Origin: Phoronis australis
Taxonomy: Eukaryota > Animalia > Phoronida
DNA: 64,000 nucleotides
NCBI GenBank assembly: GCA_002633005.1
Contig: NMRA01000278.1
Span: forward strand, 174,048 to 238,047
Direction of reading: 5' to 3'
Under the pieces are notes generated by a model. That model saw nothing but the letters and a program-made list of their open reading frames with translations. It ran no database searches and had not been told where the DNA came from. A program made the translations under genes and the position numbers. How positions within the stretch are numbered: the first letter of the stretch is position 1; each line of letters opens with the position of its first letter. This document shows positions 12,301-27,300 of the stretch, one piece after another.

Positions 12301-15300
12301 GAACAGTAAGTGAAGACTTAAGACAGACATTTGGTCTTACGTTCCCACTTTGCAATTGCCAAAAATAAAGGTTTAGTTTTACAAATATTAAGACATCGCT
12401 TCCAGGAAACGACGCACGTGCATATTCTCAGCAATAAACAGCAATGGGATTATTGATATTTTGTGAAATTTTATTGTTTTCTGAAGTGAGTTTTATTTAA
12501 TTTTAAGAAATAATTTTTGGAGTGTTAGAAACATGTTTGCCTTAAGCCTTAACCAAAGTCACTTTTCATTAAACAGACTCCGGTTGTAAATAAGATCCTA
12601 GGTAACGGATTTTAACTGAAGTTTGTCTTAACTGCTTTGGTGAAGAGTTGCAAGGTTTCTGCTCAAGTAGCATGTGCGCTAAGATCCGTTGATGTTGCCC
12701 GATTACCTACCGTGGCAAGTCATTCCTGTTGGTACAGCAGTAGACGAAGGTCTCTTTATTTCAGCACAGTAAGAACCAACAGTGAAGGTTCCGAAAACAG
12801 TTGATGTTTTGTAATTTATAAAGTCTGTGATTAATTTTAGTAGGATTCTTCTTTGAACATTGTCATTTTCTGTTCACCACGCGTGCTACCTGCACATCGC
12901 AATTTCAGACGTCAACGAATGCAGCAGTTCTCCGTGCCACGTGCATGGCAGGTGCATAAATTCAAATGGTTCCTTCGCGTGTCAGTGCAAGCTAGGCTAC
13001 TCCGGAAGCGGATTTTCCTGCCAAGGTAAAGCACCGTTATAGCATTTGCAGCGTTTATAACTATCGACCAATAGCCGAGTTGCAACCGAATCGATTTAAG
13101 CATGGCGCATGTCCGGATATTAGTCAGAGCAAAGCCTACCGAGAAAATTTTCTTAGGTATCCACATTAGATTTATACACATCAACATGACCATTTTCATC
13201 TTAAAAACGACCACAAGTCATTTTAGCTTTACATACATGTATGACTCTTTGTGAAATCCTTTACAACATCAAAATCTATTGCTACACCAGCATTTAACTC
13301 GTTTGTTATGAATGAGCATAGTTTAAAAATGAATTTTAAAAATTCGACTTAATCTCTTGTTTAGCAATCCGCAATTCATTGGAAGTGCGCGGGTATCTAA
13401 CTAGTTTTCCGAGGAGAAAAATACTCGCGGATCTCCTTTATACAGAGTTTGAGGAGAAAATAGTTCTCATTGATGGAAGGTTTGAGGTAGCTGTCACTAT
13501 TACACTGATCATTTTTCAGACGTCGACGAATGTGCTCTCCATCCATGTGTAGACGCCGCCGATTGCGTTAACACAGACGGATCCTACAACTGCAGATGCA
13601 GGAAAGGGTTCACTCTAACTGCTGTTAGCTGTGAAGGTGCGTTTTGAGCACACGTTCTCATCATTCCGCGGGCAGCACCAGTGCAAAATAATCGCAAATC
13701 TTTAGTTTAAAAATTTAAAAAATGACGAAACAGCTCCATCTCAGGTTCAATGTGATCAACATAATTTTCTAAATCTTTGAAAGGCTAAATATTGTACGTA
13801 AATTTTACTGTTGATAAAAAACGCGGCCTGTGTCGTGATAGCGATATAAAGAATTGAAACCGTGTTATTTTTGTACTCTGAGGTGACTGTTTCTAGCCTT
13901 GGACATGTCACAGTGTCACACCTAGATCCAGTAATTCTCGACTTATTCGAAAACGGTGAAACGCAAATAAAAAACGGGTGGTCACTACTTATAGCTCTTG
14001 CCAATATCTATCTACATGTCAATGCCCAGAAAGATCTATAACGAAACTTTTGAACTAAGACTCAGTAAAGCAAAAATCTGGACAACGGCCGCTGCAGCAT
14101 CATCCTTCAGCAAATATAAAACCAAAACTACGGTTATTAAGATACTGAGATGTTTACATGATGTTTTGATTTTCATGACAATCTGATTGCGAATAAATGT
14201 ACTGGCCCGCCGAGCCAGTTACTTGAATAGAGGCCACGTCAGCCGAGCCAGTTACTTGAATAGAGGCCACGTCAGCCGAGCCAGTTACTTGAATAGAGGC
14301 CACGTCAGCCGAGCCAGTTACTTGACTAGAGGCCACGTCAGCCGAGCCAGTTACTTGAATAGAGGCCACGTCAGCTTCGTGCCTATATGTGAAAGTTTAC
14401 TAGCTCGGCCGCAATTCCACTAGCCCGGGCCACCAGGCCAGCGTGTATCTCGAACGGCTTTGCGGCAAGTCAATGGGCCAATTGAATGCGGCAAACAGCA
14501 TGATGCAATCGGCAAGAAAATTTTGGAACGATCAGTCAATACAAAAGAACAGTCGTCAGAAAATTGTAAAGTTGTATGTCAGAGATCTCAAGTTTTGAAA
14601 GATGCTGTAACAGCTTCATCCGCGGAAAAAAAACGTTTCCAGTGAAAGTCGAATTTTTGGTTAACCAAAATATTTGAAATGGAGGATTGGCGACACGGCT
14701 GACATATTATGAAGATTGTAAATTTGCCCTGTGTGGCAACCATCTTGGATTCCAATATGAACGCAGACAAACATTCTACTTCCATAGTATCGCATGTTGT
14801 GGTCATGTCTAAATCTAAAATGGCGGTCTTACCAGGTGTCAGATTACATGTCTCTAGGGGCCTTTTAAATGAGCACGGTGAATTAGACACATGGATACCA
14901 CTAGCATTTTACTGAAATCTAGTAAAATTGTTACCAAAATTGTATTGCGCAGTATTTTCAGACGGAAAAACACGACACATCGGGAATCATTTTTACATTG
15001 GGCAACTTTTCTGTTTACCTTTCTCTTAAGTTGTCTCTTTACCGAACTACGTGTGGTTTTGAATGGACTCGCGAAATATCGTGGATTCCTACGACATGTT
15101 GTTTTGGCCATTTTAGGTGTCGCGACTAGTGGACGAAGTGGTCTCGCCACCTGGTTGCTACCTAAATGTGTTCGTACCATAGTGCCTGAAAATAGACTTG
15201 AGCGTTTTCAAGGTGGCTTTCATCTTTCCGTGAAGCCAAGAACATACGTGTGAAAAGCTTTGCATAAGGTTACACAGTCAATGAACGTAGAAAATAGTTA

Positions 15301-18300
15301 AACAGAATGAGGAGTCGAGTGGACCACGTCATGTTTTACTGCGTTAATTATCTTAAGCATTACCTCTTACGCTCTCACTGTTGTAAACAATACGAATTTG
15401 ATCAATAACAATTGTTTAGTTGGTATGAATAAGGGTCTTGCTTCCTGCTTGTCTATATATATTCTATTGTTCTTAAAAAACTCCTGAGCTAATTCAATAA
15501 ACAATTCACTAACTAACAGCGAATTGTCGTGATGAGATTTCTCAGGTTTCAATATAATCCATCGAAACGGTAATATGCAAGTAGTTGACACGGCTTTTGT
15601 CTGGTTTCAGATATCAACGAATGCTTGGACTCCCCGTGTGACTCAAACGCAAGGTGCTCTAATACTGCTGGGTCATACGTCTGTCGATGCAATGACGGAT
15701 TTTCAGGGGATGGTTGGAACTGCAAAGGTCTGCATGTCTTTTCATTGCACGCATTTGGCTACTTGGGAGGCGCCATGTGATATAATAATATATACCTTTC
15801 AATAGATTCCTAAAATGAACACAACGTTTCTTATAATGTGTCTACTGTGGTGTTGTTCTAACTGAATACCCAAACTGCGTGACGTGTGACACTGTATCTG
15901 GTAATATGAGGGATCCGGCCGGTAGATAGAGAATTGTGACCAATTGTTCAATTTGTTGGTATTTGTATAGCATGTACGTCTTTTTTAGCCGCGCCTTTCG
16001 TCGATGAAACCCTCGACCCTTGTAACCCGAGCCACATAACCGTTCTTCATCATTTGCTGTCCGATATTCCTGAGAGAAGTGCCAACTTCTCGATGACCCA
16101 TAACGCCGACAAACTTCTCTGTGACAGAACCTTGCGGGAAGGTAATAATTTGGTTACACCTTTGGTTAACAACCATAACAGAGTACATTGCCATACTGTA
16201 TTTGTGTTTTTTTGTAATGTTCGTTCCATTTTAGCTTAGAAAACTAACTTCAAACTATCAGCCTTTAGGAATGTGCATGAGACAATAATGAAAAATAGCT
16301 CGTTGATTTGCTCAAAGGAAGACAAGTGAGCATTATTCATTGGTAGTTGCTGCCTCCATCCTCCTTTAGTGGTAAGTTCAACTAAAGATGGCGTTAACAT
16401 GAATGAATTTGCAATTGAATTGTCAATGCAACAATTGTCTTACTTCCACTCATACACAAGCGTACACCTGTGTGTTGCATCTGTTTTCAAGGTTGGTATT
16501 TTTTTGGTGGCCCCACGCAGCCCGGACAGTCGTCTCTCCAGACACTTGATATGCCGACTCATTGTGTAGAAGAATACCGTTGCGGTACACGGTATCCCAT
16601 CTGGCTGACAGGTGAGGGGGGGGGGCGACCTAAGAGAGGAATTAAGCTGATGTCGGTTTTGAAGAGAATAAATGGCCAGGAGCTGGGCCCCTTTCATCAG
16701 AAGTGCCTTCATAGGCACGAGTCAGAAATTCTGTCTTAAGTTTCACGCAACCGTACTCGATGAAAGCAAAATACATGTATGAAATCACAGACATATGCCC
16801 GTAATTACTAGTTAAGCAGATAGTTTGTATGATATGCTCGGCCAGTTGTGTTGTGTTTATAATAACGTGAACAAAAACTTTGTTCAGGAACAACACAGTG
16901 GGACGAACACGCCAAATATTCTGACTTAGTTCAAAGCTATTTTTATGAAGCAGAAACGTTCTGTAAGAATAAGAGATAACTTTGCAATTTTAACGGTTGA
17001 TGCAACTATTTTTAGTAATCACAAATTGGTGTGAGTCTGGGTGCGACACTCTTCAACGCTGGTGGCGACTGATAAGTCATTCTTACAAAAAACATTTACC
17101 ATCAGTTTTGAAGAGATTTCGTTGGGAAGTCTGACCTTACTGTCCCGGTACGTAAAGAAAATTCTTCTCCTGAGCACCTATTCTCAAAGCATGCGTCAAC
17201 ACCATCACCTTATTTAATCCTAGGCACCCTTCCATCTCCGAATGAGGGTATCGTCAACAGGCAAGCATGTCTGGCGACTGAAGACAACTGTTGTGCCTAC
17301 ACAATTGCCTTGAAACTGAAGGCGTGCAGTCCGCAGCTGGTTGCGTACTACTTGACTCCGACGGAACGGTGCTACGCAGCTTATTGTTTTGGTACAGCTT
17401 TCGTTTTTGCGTATGGAGTCTTTCACTGACGTTCAGTCTTGATTTTTGCAAGGACGCTAGTTACTGTAACTGTGACTGAGATACATAGAATTTGCATTTT
17501 TAGCGAAAATTCATCTAAGTGACATATTTTCTCATGAAAAAGTGTCAAATTACCTACCGACGTGATTACGTCACAGACAGGTGGTTTATCAAATAGTAAA
17601 TGGGTGAAAAAGTTCACCAGTTTTGTACAACTGTAGGCTAAATTAATCTCCGTTCACGCAATATCTTGTACAACCGTCGCCGCGCCAACAACCTCCAAGT
17701 TTTCACATACGACTCCGCAAGGATTTATAACTGGCTACCTGTCGCGATCTTTAAACCACAGGCGCTTGGGTTTATCGCAAATGACGTCACTCAATAATAT
17801 ATATAAGAAAACATAAAGGTTGGACACTTAAACTTTGCCAAGCCGAGGCTCCCAACTTCAGCCGTCCAAAATCCAAATAAAATCTGCGTGCACCTCCCTT
17901 AGTCTGATGTTGCAGAAACCTTCGAAGCCTTATCTTTCCTAGATCCCATTAACTGTCTTCGTGAGTGGTGAATTGGCGATGGAATTTCCAAAACAATCTC
18001 AAAACTCTGAATTCAAGGACGAAATAGTAAACATGGCGGATTTCATTTATATTTGACATAAATATGTGAGTAATTACATTTATTTGGCAATAAAGTGCTC
18101 TCTGCTTCTCATGATCAAGTAGTCGAGGGATTGACGATGAAAGTCGCGCGAAATTAGACTTTCGGATTTAGCTCGGGAGCGTCCGTCAAAAACCCGGATG
18201 TGCGAAGACCGTCTGCCATGACATCACGGAATCACTTCCTTGAATTTGTGATTTTGGCATTCTTTTGGCATTTTTGTCGCCAAATCACCACTCGAAGGCA

Positions 18301-21300
18301 ATTTGAAGAGATCGAATGAAAGAAAGTATTCTAAGAGTTGTCCAATGCTAGTTTCGTGGAGTTCCATGCACATTTGAGTAGAAAATTCTGAGCAAACAGA
18401 TTTCGAGTGTCCAACCTTTATGTTTTCTTATAATATACTATTGAGTGACGTCATTTGCGATAAACCCAAGCGCCTGTGCTTTAAACGTACTGTTACAGAG
18501 CCATACTCCTTCATTTGCACGTCTCCCTATAGTTGAACAACTTGAACAACTTGTCTTGACGTGTTGAAACTGTAGCTAGGTATCATTAAGAATGTAGACA
18601 GTCGATATAGCATTCCATTTCAATTTTTATCCCCGGCAATACAATTGGGACTCCAAGTACTCGTGCTATGTTTCAGGAGACCACGTGCCGTGCCCCAACG
18701 GAGAGGTGTCGCCGACAGGATTTTCACCTGGTTGCCGACGTACGTTCCGCCATATGCATAGACATGTGTTTTCATCAAAGAGAAATGTTTATCTAGATTT
18801 TATTCCTAGACCAGTGATCACCTAAATGAACTGAAGGTTTAACTTATACGTCAGTTTTGAGTCTTGAGTAAAATTTGGCGACTACTGTACGTGCCCTGCA
18901 GTAACGAGTATGCAGTATTACGTCAAGTTGCAGTCACAGTTTTTCAAGTGAAAATGGTATTTGAAATTCAGTGCAAAATCACAACGAACATGATCAAAAT
19001 TGGTTGCCAGCAAATCTGAAAATTTTAGAGATGACATTGCGCGCACATTTCAAATCTCTTAATGTTAAGAAAGTTTTGCTTAATGCTTTGTACTTTTCCT
19101 TTCTCGTCACGGCAGCTTCAAACGTCACCGAACTACAAATCGCTCCACTTGTATCTCTGGATGTTCATGGGGACGAGTTCAACTTTACGTGTAACGTCAC
19201 AATACCTGACAGTGGAAAGGAGAGAGAAGTGAACATTGTATGGTTGGCGGGAGACACCCGAATACAATTCATGAAGGACATAGCTCGCCATTCCATGGTC
19301 ACAGACAATTTATACGGGAAAACTTTGGCCTCCTATTTTGGCAGAAATGTATGGCAATTTGAAATCACTTATATCCACTGTAATTTAAACCTTTTGTTGC
19401 AACGAGACGTGCTGAAGTGACGACGCATGTATCATTGTTGCTCATACCGTCTGTACAATGCTATACATGTACAAACTGTTGTAACTCTCATGAAATATTT
19501 GGAGCTCCATTTGGCTAGGTTTTATTACTCAGGAGTTCCATTTAAACCCCAAAACACTGTTATATGGCTCAAGTGCAAAGTAGGACACTTTGTTTCACCA
19601 GACTTTGCTCTAGCCGCGTGTAGTCACGTGCGTCTTCAGCAGGTACATATATCGCAGTCATACACCCGTTGACGAAATCTAATAGTCATCAGCCCTCGAG
19701 AGCGAGGAATATGGAGATCAAAGTTTAACTGTTGGCGTTTTTACGTTTCTGTAGTTAGTAACATTTTTACCATAACGAGGCCCGTCAAATTTTATGGTTC
19801 GTTAGGCATTAAACACCCGGTATCTTATGCTTGGTCTTATATGTCGCTAAAGTTTCCTTTTCTACTGTTTTGTAGATTTCATGCAAAGCCAGGTACTTTA
19901 CAACAGGTGGAGTGTACAGTCAATGGAGGATAAGCAATATAAAACCGTACAATATTGAGGTTGGTGGATCAAGAGCGACTGATGTCAGTCCCTTATTAAA
20001 GTTTACGTTAATGATGAAGCGTCGCACCAGAGGGCACCAAGCTCAATTTTGACGAGTTTACCTTGAGTGGTCGTCACCTGGGAGCATGTTGTAATAATTA
20101 TACCTGTACCCAGACTCGACTCAGACTCAAACTCGAAAAATGCCCAGTCACCCAGAATATTTCAACTGCAAGTGTGTTAGCTTACCAGAAGCTATCTGCC
20201 ACGCAACTAGTCAATCTTTGAATCAAGTTTCGAGTAGCTGAGATTAAACTCGCGCCCTGGTGTTTCATTATTTTTACCTCCCAAGAGAAATATAAAAGTT
20301 GTATGGCACCTGAATAACTCCGAGGTTAAAATTGTATCACGTGGTTCTGTCTGACGAGACGAGGGTTCCTATGTCCATGTAACCTTGATTGACTCTCCCA
20401 AAGAGTTAGCAACGTGTACGGCATAAGAAGGCTTTGTGAGAAGTTTCAAAACATGTTGTTGTGTTTCAAGGTTTTTGGAATTTGTTAATGTACTACTGTA
20501 CGACAGGATGCCATCTTTTAAAAGTTTTAATTAGAAGGTTTGAGATTTAGCTTGATATCACTATGTTGCACCTGAACGACCTTTAGAAACATAAATCCAT
20601 CTTAAAAATATCATGTTTCATAACAGGTTCTGAGTAAGTTTGACCAGCCTGTGGAAATTGATGAAAACGAGGTCTTCAACGTAACGTTTCGACTTGCTGC
20701 ACCGTACATAGGCGACCAACCCTTAGATATCGTGTCGTATGTTCCGGAGGGCAACACAGATGGCGCCTATTGCTCGGACGGGGAGCCGATTCCTCAACTG
20801 GTTACGGAATCAAGTTGTGGCGTTCAAATCACGAGATATAATTGGCAGAACAATCATGTCATTACTTTGCGAGCAACGGTTGATGGCAAAATTGAACGTG
20901 TAAGTTGTTAAAAAGCATGTCAAAATACCACGCATATGTTGCTCCGTAGTATAAGCACAAACTTCCGTTAGTGCCGCCAATTTGTACCATATAGGCCTAC
21001 ATGTAATCAAATACTGCGCCACATTCTTCATGACAAGCCGTTTACACTATAGCATTTTTATTTGAAAACACAACCGATCGACCTTCCGTGCACAATATTC
21101 CAGATAAAACAGCAATCAAAACAAAACTTGTTTTTCTCGGATTCTGCTCAAGCGCCAGTTCCCGGCATTGTTAGACACTGACAACAAAAAGAATCTAAGC
21201 TGAGACTCCAGGGTGTCACCTGCGAACATAAAGATGCATAATTCGAATGCTAGAATTGTGGCATGAAATTAGTTAATTATAAAGTCTATTTTAAACTTCA

Positions 21301-24300
21301 GAGTAGGTTCTAAATCCATAACCAAACATGAGCGTCTCTGATTTGCTTTCTATGTGTAAAACTTGTTAAGACCTTAAATATTAAATTTAAATGAGAATTT
21401 GTCAGGACAGGACTTTTAAGTCTTAAAACATACAATCGTCATGTTTCATTTTAGTCACGTTGGACGTTCCTTTAGGAAAATAAAGTAGTGGACTTTTATT
21501 CGAGTAAGTCCCTATACTCTGGCGAATTTGATAGGTCATACGAACCCGGGAAACTGGGACGAACGAATTCGGCGTATACATGTACAAGGTACGTCATACG
21601 TCTACATGGATTTGCTTCTTTGTACATAACAAGTTCTGGACCCTACTAATAGCTCAACTATAACCATTGTTAAATTTTTTAAACAGAATCAACAAGCGAC
21701 CCAGGTAGTAAAGGTTCGCTCATCATTGAACGACGTAGTGACTGATCTTCTACCAAGCGACATAAAGGTAAAGCACGACTGCGCTCCGTAGAGCAAGTTT
21801 CTAATTTGTTAATCAAAATCACTTGACGCAGTCAGGCGAGTGGAAAGCAAACGTTCCGTTTCATTAGCGAAAATAATTGTTCGTGTTAAGTGTCTTGCTC
21901 AGCATCATATTGTTTTGGTAACGATTGAGTAACACTAGGTAATATAGTCTCAATTCAAAGGTACATGTGTTACAATATATTTTGTCCTCGGATCTTGGTT
22001 CACCGTCCTTGTTCAAAGATGTCGCACTTTGGTGCGGATTTTGGTGAAATTTCCAAACTCCAATTCTATTTGATCAGTGCCGTCACACCAAAGCCTATTA
22101 CAAAGCCAATTTGTGAATGGAGTACTTTTGATGGTTTCACTCTCGTGATGGCGATGCGACCAACCCAAACAAAGGTGGCGGTTCACACCAACGGGCGCAG
22201 ACGATAGCACGACAATAACTGCATTCTGCTCGAATAAACGTAAACAGTAGCAGTTCACTCACTACATTATGACACATTCAAAGAGATTGAATGGAATAGC
22301 GAGTGTTTTATGCCACCGACCCGGCAGCCGTGTCATACCCGACAGAACTGTTCTAAGTTATCTGCCACGATTACTGATTTTGGACTTTTTAAAAATAATA
22401 TGTTTTATGATATATTATATTAACTTAATAAAAATAAAACTATTGGAAAAATTTTTAGATAAAGTAAACACGCCACATGTGGCCTCGTCTCGCGACCTAA
22501 CGAATATCAGTCGGCTCCATCCGGGACTCGAACACGGAACCGTTCAGCTCACCGTGAAGACACTCTAGTCATTAGGTCGTGTGGCCACAGGTGGCGTGCT
22601 GAACAGACTTAAAAATGTTTTCGATACATCTTTCCACAACCGTTTAATTAAGAATTGCATATTGTCTGCGTACATTTTATTTTGAGCATCTACTATACGC
22701 ACTTTTGGTAGAAACAAAATTTGTTTTAGAATAACACAGTGACTGTATGGTTGGATTTTTTGTTTACCTAGTGTAAGTGCAATTGTTATGTCACCTTTCT
22801 GTTAATTTCTATTCTTATGTGTCAAAAGATGACCCTCACCTGCTCAAAGACCCTTGTAGAAGTGATAAACATGCTTTGTGTATGCCTCATCTCTGCATCG
22901 TTATTGGAGGTGTACGTTGTCAAGTTTTCACTTGATTTTGACTGAGGAGGTCTCCTGGAGTTGTATAGTGTCTAGACCCAGTGTTCTGGATCACTTTAGT
23001 TGTCTTTTAAATGATATTGATATTTTTTCTTAGTAAGAGTTCTTTTAGAAATAACCATCGTTAGCCATACATGTACTTAGATAAACTACTCAATGCCTTG
23101 CAGTGCACGTGGTGCCGTATTGATTGTCGTCTGCTTCACATCAATAACAAGTGTTATCTTTACTCCATTAATTTTGAAAGATTCTCGGACTTCAATGGTG
23201 TGAGAAAATGTGGAATAAAACAAGACACTGCGTAGATCTCTTGCCTTATGGTATATTTTTTCTGATGAAAACATTTTGTTGTGTTATGCAGTTAGAATGA
23301 ATTGTACACAACAAATATGAAGGAAGTTCTGATATAACGCATTTATTAATGATAATTCAATTCCAATTATGTTTCTTATGAATACCAGACGCTAGTTGTT
23401 TGTTGTGCTACACGTAATAAAAATATTCACAATTCATTGCTCGTATCAACGGGTCATTTTTGTTAATATCATGAAAAGCTAGAGCAGATTCACCTTCAAA
23501 CACAAACAACCTTGAAACACGGTTTTGACATGAGATGACCCTCTACCGTTAGCAGTCACCTAATCCTCTGCTTTGTACAGTACACTTCAAACAGCGGTTT
23601 ACCTACCCCCAGCAAGTATAGTGATTTTCAACACTTCAGATGTGATTAAAATAAAACATTGTCCAAATTTTAACGCTTCCACTGCGGTAGACAGGTTACA
23701 CGATAAACTCGTGAGCATTGATGGTCTGCTAATGTCTGTTCACCGAACGCGAAAGCTTTCGGTGTCGTATTTAGGATCCCTTGTTACCGTCTGTGAGTTC
23801 TACCGGCGTAGGCGCCTGCTGTTTAGAATGTCTCTCACTGATCTACAAATGGATTAAATTTGGTTTTAGAGCTCGTATAAAACCTGTGAAAAAGATATTT
23901 TGGTCGTACTGTAGTATCCTCTTGTTACATGCATATAATTTGCATATCATTTGCATCCTTGTCTCCACAGTTCCAGCTTGGCGTCAGTCAGTGCATAACG
24001 GTACTCGGGTTTCGTGCCAAAGTAGCCGGATGAAAGCTACACGATATGTATTAAATTAAAGCAAATAATCCCAAAGGTAAATATGTGAGCTCACAACAAA
24101 TCACTACTTCATCTGTTAGTTAGCCAGAGTCACCATGACCCGTGGGTCCTACATCTGCTTTGGTCACAGCGCCACCACGCGAATTAGTTTTCTAATGTAC
24201 CCCATTGTCAAAATTGCACAGCAATTCTCTAGGAAACCATCTAACTCTCTCAGCTCTATTCTTGGCGCGATACTGTATTGTATTGCTCTCTTACAGGTTC

Positions 24301-27300
24301 TTGTTAAAGATAAAGATAGAATGGTTGCAATGTGTAGAAGTACAAACGACCCTCATATGACGTCATTTGATGGCATGTACGTATATGTACATGTATACTG
24401 TAGTCTGTATCTTATGAATTGTGTTGTTCATAACTTAGCTTAGCAAGCGAATCAACTCAGCAATTTGCTTGTATATCTTTATGTTACACGTGTTTTATAT
24501 CCTTGTGTAATATCAACAAGTCATTATTTACTGACGCTTCCAATTTTGCGATGACTTCGTAAGACCCGGCCGGTGGGGATGCAACTTACAGGTATGTAGC
24601 TGCTTTAAAAAATTCTAAAATTTCTTTTTCTATTTGCATCATCTTCCAGCTTAGCTACATTGGCATGACGTTTCGGTCGGGCTTTTGCCGATAAAATTCC
24701 GTCGTCACAACGTTCTGAGGAGAGTGAGCACGGATATTTGGTACACGTCATGGCGATTAGCATTTTGGATTGCTGTTTTGCATCATTTTGCTTTTCTTTT
24801 CTTTTACGAAAAAGTTGTTTTCTTTCACGAACTATGATAAATGTGCCAGATATCCTTGCGCAAGCTTCCGATAACGCTGTAACAACTTTAAGAGAGCGGA
24901 AGAAATGGCCTACCGGAAGATCGTGCACCCCAATGTAGTAAATGGACTAGAGCTTTGAGAATATAAGCCAATAGATTTAGAAATGACTGAATAACTAGGT
25001 CGTCGAAAGCGCGGAGACCGTCTGTAACTTCATACCTAGGACTATAAAATATATATTACTCCCAACTTCATATAGTGTGTAAAGTTTCCGTTAATCACGG
25101 GATCATAGAAAGCATGGAAACCGCCTGTACCTTCATAAACTGCGTAAATTGTCCGGGAATTGCTACTTTTTTGAAAGACAATATGTTGTGTTCAGAACTC
25201 AAATTATTGGCAGTGGATGTTCAAAGAAAGGTGGTAGGCTAAAGTTAACATTTTTCTTTCTTTCACACAGGCATTATGAGCTGCAAAAGCCCGGAGAGTT
25301 CGTGCTCTACAAACACAAGACAGAACTACTGGAGGTACTTTTTGACTGTTGCACCTCCTCTCATGTCAGTGCTTGCAATCAGCGCGAAAATTGTTTCTTT
25401 TTGCTAGTGTAGTAAAATATTGAATGTCTTATACCTACAGTCTCTACATTCAGTTTATGCCTACAAATTTGCCTACTCTTGAGAGAAAATCTGATATTTT
25501 CATCCAAAAGTCGTTGATGAAAGAATAGTAAAAGTCAAGTGAACATTTTTGTCTTATATACATGGAGCCTGACCGAAACTTAAACTAGGATCTCTTCTCG
25601 TATCTGTAATAATAACTTAAATCAGAATCAATGGCACGTATTTTTAACAAGAACGTAAATCAGAATCTCTTGCACGTATTTTTAACAAGAACTTAAATCA
25701 GAATCTCTTGCTCGTATTTTTAACAAGAACTTAAATCAGAATCTCTTGCCCATATCTGTAATAATAACTTAAATCAGAATCTCTTGTCCCTATCTGTAAC
25801 AATAACTTAAATCGTGTCTATTATTTTTAGGGCGATTCTCATCTGGAGACATTTTGAACATACATCATGGTCCAAAGTATTATTCTGGACAACTTCTTAT
25901 TCTGAGTTTTTAACACCAAAATCAGAATTCGATGTTGATAAAATATAAGTGTCTCGTGGATTCCGAAATGTTCCAAAAGTGTCGTTTTAAATAACAGGAG
26001 TCACGTGACGTGTCATGAAATACCCTAAATGTTCCAAAAATGTCGTGTAAAATAACAGAGTCTCGTGTTGTGAAAATACCCGAATCACATCCTGTTTTAA
26101 AACACCAACACCAGCTTCTTATTATACACTTAAAACTCATGAGAGCCGTCTTACGTAAATGTAGTCATTAGGCTCTTCGAGAGCCAGAGAAAGAGAGAGA
26201 GAGAGGGGGGGNCAAAAATGTCGTGTAAAATAACAGAGTCACGTGTTGTGAAAATACCCCAATCACATCCTGTTTTAAAACACCAACACCAGCTTCTTAT
26301 TATACACTTAAAACTCATGAGAGCCGTCTTACGTAAATGTAGTCATTAGGCTCTTCGAGAGCCAGAGAAAGAGAGAGGGGGGGAACAGGGAGAGGGCGGG
26401 GGAGGAACAGGGAGGGGGTGGGGGAGAAGGAAAGGGAGAGGCACAGGGAGGGGGAGAAATAGCGTCTACAACCACCATTCATTGTTCTCACTTGTCTGGT
26501 CACTTTACTTAACCGTACACCCAGTAGGATCAGTGATTCCCCATAGCAAGTCTGTTCATTTGATTTTACTTCTGGCTGTTTGAAATAGGGGGTACGTGTC
26601 ATGTTAGTCTACCGTTATGCTGTCGACGAGAGGTTTGCCAACTTCACATATACGAACTCTTCATTATTTCGGCCGAGATCACCATTCTCTTTGACTATTC
26701 GTTGCCCTGTTATTTTTGATAGCTCTCAAGTTTTAAGCGTAATAATTTCATGATTTCTACACTTGAGATGTATAGGTAAAAACTGCGGTTTTCATCTCCA
26801 CTTTCTGTACATTCATAGGTCCACGCTCAGTACAAAAGCTGCAACCAGGACGGGTCTAAACCATTCTGCAACTGCGCAGTGTTCATCTTAGCTCGTGGTG
26901 ACGTCATAGTGATTGACAAATGTGGAAAAGGGGTCATCAACCTGAAAAGATGGAGATTGCCCAACAGACTGCGCTATCGTGCTGTAAAGTCGTGCAAAGG
27001 GTTTGATAACGTTAACGTTTTACAAGAAAATGGCGGTAAAAAATACGAGGTAGGTTTGCTGACGAGAATCCCATCCTAACGTGCAATTGGTCAAGGACAT
27101 AAGTTTCATCATGCTTTAGCTGTAGCATTAAGAAAAGGTACTTTGCCTATTTACATCAACATACTTAACATAATTTTCAAACAAAAGGTGGTGTTGTGTA
27201 TTGTTTTACAGTAAGTGGCGTAAACTAAAACCGGTACTGGAAGCTAATGAACGAAACTACATTTGTATGTCTGTAGTCGTCATGCTTCATTGTTATTTGA

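Noticed and set aside
14209-14373. 33-bp repeats as a CRISPR array or as an 11-aa repeat protein
   Set aside because: Units are head-to-tail with no spacers, there are no cas genes, and the context is a eukaryotic intron; the ORFs exist only because the unit is a multiple of 3.
26035-26383. ~175-bp tandem duplication
   Set aside because: The two near-identical copies are separated by a single N at 26212 after a GA/G run, typical of an unmerged contig or haplotype overlap.
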